Made by a program: the position numbers and the translations under genes. Shown here piece by piece: positions 63,096-64,000 of a stretch of DNA of 64,000 bases. The stretch is from the NCBI GenBank assembly GCA_051362555.1, contig CM120649.1, positions 5,828,001-5,892,000 on the forward strand, given 5' to 3'. The DNA comes from Lingula anatina. Lineage: Eukaryota; Animalia; Brachiopoda. The notes under the pieces were generated by a model, which worked only from the letters and a program-made list of their open reading frames with translations, ran no database searches and had not been told where the DNA came from. Every line of letters starts with the position of its first letter. Within the stretch, counting starts at the first letter, position 1.

Positions 63096-63854
63096 CTGTG
63101 TAACAAAACCAAGAAAACATGCAATGAGCATTCCAAAATTGGCAAGCAAAGAAGAGGCACCGAATCAGGACTACCAGTACAAGTAACTGTGAAGCCCGTG
63201 AGGTTCGAGTGGATTTTCCTTTCCTGAACATGTGTCCTTGTACACCGTCAAACGACCTCCCCCTTTCCAAAAATAAAATAAAATAAAATAAAATAAAATA
63301 AAATAAAATAAAATAAAATAAAATAAAATAAAATAAGAAGAAAGAAAAAGAAAACTTTAATACTTTAAACAGTCATGGGTTGTGTATTGGAATTGAAATC
63401 AGCATTCCATAATTAACAAGCAAAGAAGAAGCGCCGAATCGGGGCTATTCCGAAAAGTCAGAGTAGATCTTTATTCCCTGTATACTAGTGTATACGACCC
63501 CCCTTCCATAATAAAAAAAGAGAAAAACAAAAGAAAATCTAATTAATGTTTTAAATAGGCATGGGTTGTGTATCGGAAATTAAGCTTTATCATTCATTAG
63601 GGATAGCACGTGCGTCACTTCTGGACAATTCAATGAACTGTCGGAACACGGAGAAAGACGGTGAACGACGTGCGGTTCATGTACCTGAGATATGGAAGAA
63701 ACTCTAGGGCTTTTAAGTAGTTATTTACCCCTTTTACATGTCATAGAGATTTTATTGAGCAAGTGTACAGGAACCTTTGATAAAAGAATAAGCTTGCGTT
63801 GGCTGTGCTTAGGATATTCGCGGATTTCTGTCCAAATCATCATTTCCTTTCCCT

Positions 63855-63955
63855 TCAGGTTTGCTTGGTGTTTCTTGAGGTCTGATTTTTTTTTTTGCCG
63901 TCCAGCCAGTTAAAAAAACTGTTTATGACGTCGAGCATACCCCCTTGCAATATAC
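63855..63955 (-). CDS. Possible terminal exon of an upstream gene (ILQGGMLDVINSFFNWLDGKKKNQTSRNTKQT*)
   Basis: CAG acceptor near 63956, short open frame to TGA; no family motif. Confidence 0.25.
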
Positions 63956-64000
63956 CTGTATCATAGGTGTGTGTGTGTATGCGTGTGTGTGTGTGTGTGT

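Noticed and set aside
63600-63684. Candidate upstream JmjC exon (frames include FRQFIEL and YMNRTSFTVFLR)
   Set aside because: No acceptor/donor pair gives a stop-free phase-2 join to 63095.

Overview
AT-rich, intron-rich animal genomic DNA; the repeat types suggest a mollusc or other lophotrochozoan (inference). Two host genes can be rebuilt exon by exon on the minus strand with GT-AG boundaries and consistent phases. (1) A plasma-membrane-type Na+/H+ exchanger (SLC9A/NHE2-3-like) with 19 coding exons from 27786 down to 3113, continuing off the left edge, and a probable 5' non-coding exon near 58.3 kb. (2) A fusion gene (at least 63095 to 59862) joining a JmjC/cupin 2OG-Fe(II) oxygenase domain with an intact HxD...H triad to an aldo-keto reductase domain that has lost its catalytic Tyr and His. 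This fusion is the most notable feature. The introns and intergenic DNA hold Helentron-type (HINE) elements with tandem arrays, a decayed Tc1 element, a decayed ISL2EU-type element (THAP/HTH plus SAP), a 5'-truncated RTE LINE, several MITE families, minisatellites, and a 5.6-kb composite element inserted into a (GT)n microsatellite. Coordinates were counted by hand and may be off by a few bases, especially for repeats.
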